DNA of 64,000 nucleotides from Vulcanimicrobiota bacterium (GTDB lineage Bacteria; Vulcanimicrobiota; Xenobia; Xenobiales; Xenobiaceae): NCBI GenBank assembly GCA_944322965.1, contig CALUQR010000009.1, positions 8,845 to 72,844 of the forward strand, read 5' to 3'. Shown piece by piece: positions 62,690 to 64,000 of this stretch (position 1 is its first letter; each line of letters starts with the position of its first letter). The notes under the pieces were generated by a model. It saw only the letters and a program-made list of their open reading frames with translations, ran no database searches and was not told where the DNA came from. The position numbers and the translations under genes were made by a program.

Positions 62690-64000
62690 TTACTTGCGAC
62701 GCGAGGGCAAGGAGCGTCCCTTGCCAGGTCCGCCGCTGGCGATCTTAGCTTGCAGCTCCTTAACCCGAGCCTCTACGTCGCGATAGGTCACATCGAAGGC
62801 CAAGATGCTCTTGAACTCGGTCAGAGCCTCTTGCAAGCGATCGGTCTGGTAGAAGAGCATGGCCAAGTTGTAGCGCAACTCTAAGTAGTCTTGTTCCGGA
62901 TGGCCCTTAGTATCTAAGCCCAAACGGAATTGGCGAATGGCCATTTCACGCATGCGCGGCATCTTGATAAAGGAGAGGCCCAACATATTGCGCGAGCGCA
63001 ATTCTAAATCACGGTCGGCGTGAGTCTTCTGGAACTGCTCGATAGCGTCGCTAATGCGATTCAGGTAGTAACATAACTCGCCATAGATGTAGCGCAAGGA
63101 GAGGTCAGAGCTATCCTGGGAGATCCGCTCCATAAAGGAGCTGCAGATCTCTTCCGTCACCTCTTTGCCAGCCGCCTTGTCGATAGATTGCAACTTTAAG
63201 AGTACGGTCGCCGCCTCTTTGGCCTTCCGCTGGTCGACTAAGAGCTGAGCGTAACGGCGCATAGTATGGGCGTCGCCGGGCGCCAACTCGAAGATCTTCT
63301 TATAGACCTGCATAGCTCCGCTCATGCTGTGCAACTGCTCGTCGTAGAGCTTAGCTAAGCGGCAGTGGAGATCGACCCTCTCGGGGGCCAACTCGATAGC
63401 CCGGCGCAAGAAGCGCACCGAGTCGCGATACTCACTCCGCTTCTCATGGATCTCAGCTAAGGCCAAAAGCTCTTTGAGCATATTGTCGCGCTGGTCGTCC
63501 ATCGTATAGAAGGAGAGTAACTTCTCGCGCAACTCGACCGACTCCGGATCGGCCGCCACCAACTGGGTGTACATATCGATAGCCGCCGCCGCCAAACGCT
63601 CCGACTGGTAGCGCTCCGTCAGAGGCTCGACCTGCACCATAGCGGCCGCCAAATTATTTTGCGCTAAGTAACAGTCGACTAAGCGACGCCGCGCTTCGTA
63701 ATGGGTAGGATCGCGCTTAATGATCTCCTCTAAGAGCTTAGCCGCCTCGTCGATCATATTCTCATCTTTATAGAGCAGGGCTAAGGCGAACTGCGAAGAG
63801 ATGACCTGATCGTAACGCCCTAAGTTCTGGTAGAGCTCGATCAACATGTGGCGCTTCTCGAAGTTCTGAGGCTCTAAGCTCACCAACTTTTCGCAAGTGG
63901 CCAAGGCCTCCGCCCACTTCTTCTCGCCATAGTAGCGATCTAAAAGTTGGCGATAGTAGACTAAAGCTTCTACCGCATTGTTGTGCTCCTCATAGACCTT
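62690..64000 (-). CDS. TPR-repeat protein, 5' end beyond window (open frame continues past 64000)
   Basis: The same reading frame is open from 63904 to the window edge (…KVYEEHNNAVEALVYYRQLLDRYYGEKKWAEALATCEKL…), so the listed M is not the true start. Confidence 0.5.
   Translation of the reverse strand, partial: KVYEEHNNAVEALVYYRQLLDRYYGEKKWAEALATCEKLVSLEPQNFEKRHMLIELYQNLGRYDQVISSQFALALLYKDENMIDEAAKLLEEIIKRDPTHYEARRRLVDCYLAQNNLAAAMVQVEPLTERYQSERLAAAAIDMYTQLVAADPESVELREKLLSFYTMDDQRDNMLKELLALAEIHEKRSEYRDSVRFLRRAIELAPERVDLHCRLAKLYDEQLHSMSGAMQVYKKIFELAPGDAHTMRRYAQLLVDQRKAKEAATVLLKLQSIDKAAGKEVTEEICSSFMERISQDSSDLSLRYIYGELCYYLNRISDAIEQFQKTHADRDLELRSRNMLGLSFIKMPRMREMAIRQFRLGLDTKGHPEQDYLELRYNLAMLFYQTDRLQEALTEFKSILAFDVTYRDVEARVKELQAKIASGGPGKGRSLPSRRK

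Overview
This ~64 kb window is a GC-rich bacterial chromosomal segment, judged by eye with no computed figures. Codon usage is unusual for a GC-rich genome: TTA and CTA leucine codons are frequent, and CTAG/TCTAGA words are common. It is densely coding on both strands, with about 55 protein genes and 6 tRNAs and no rRNA.

Housekeeping content:
- A ribosomal protein cluster, rpmG-secE-nusG-rplK-rplA, preceded by tRNA-Gly and tRNA-Thr.
- Central metabolism and maintenance genes: ackA, gdhA, apbC/mrp, lon, rnhA, dut, plsC and comEC.

Accessory content:
- A complete Frz-like alternative chemosensory operon: CheW, CheR-TPR, CheW, MCP, CheA-CheY and CheB with a degenerate receiver. A hybrid histidine kinase operon lies divergent to it.
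- A four-gene oleABCD-type head-to-head olefin biosynthesis cluster.
- A locus next to tRNA-Ala encoding a small Cys-rich ORF, a radical SAM protein with an N-terminal PqqD-like domain and a C-terminal SPASM domain, a membrane GAF-HD-GYP protein and a hypothetical protein. This is a candidate uncharacterised RiPP-like maturation system.
- A secreted-looking protein with RTX-type calcium-binding repeats and a C-terminal HExxH domain. It is driven from an AT-rich region and followed by a 99-bp tandem repeat array.
- A compositionally atypical standalone C39-like cysteine peptidase.
- A ~14 kb minus-strand operon of giant TPR proteins, two Roadblock/LC7 (MglB-like) proteins, a proline-rich repeat protein and two O-antigen-ligase-TPR fusion proteins.

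No transposase, integrase, CRISPR array or rRNA was recognised.
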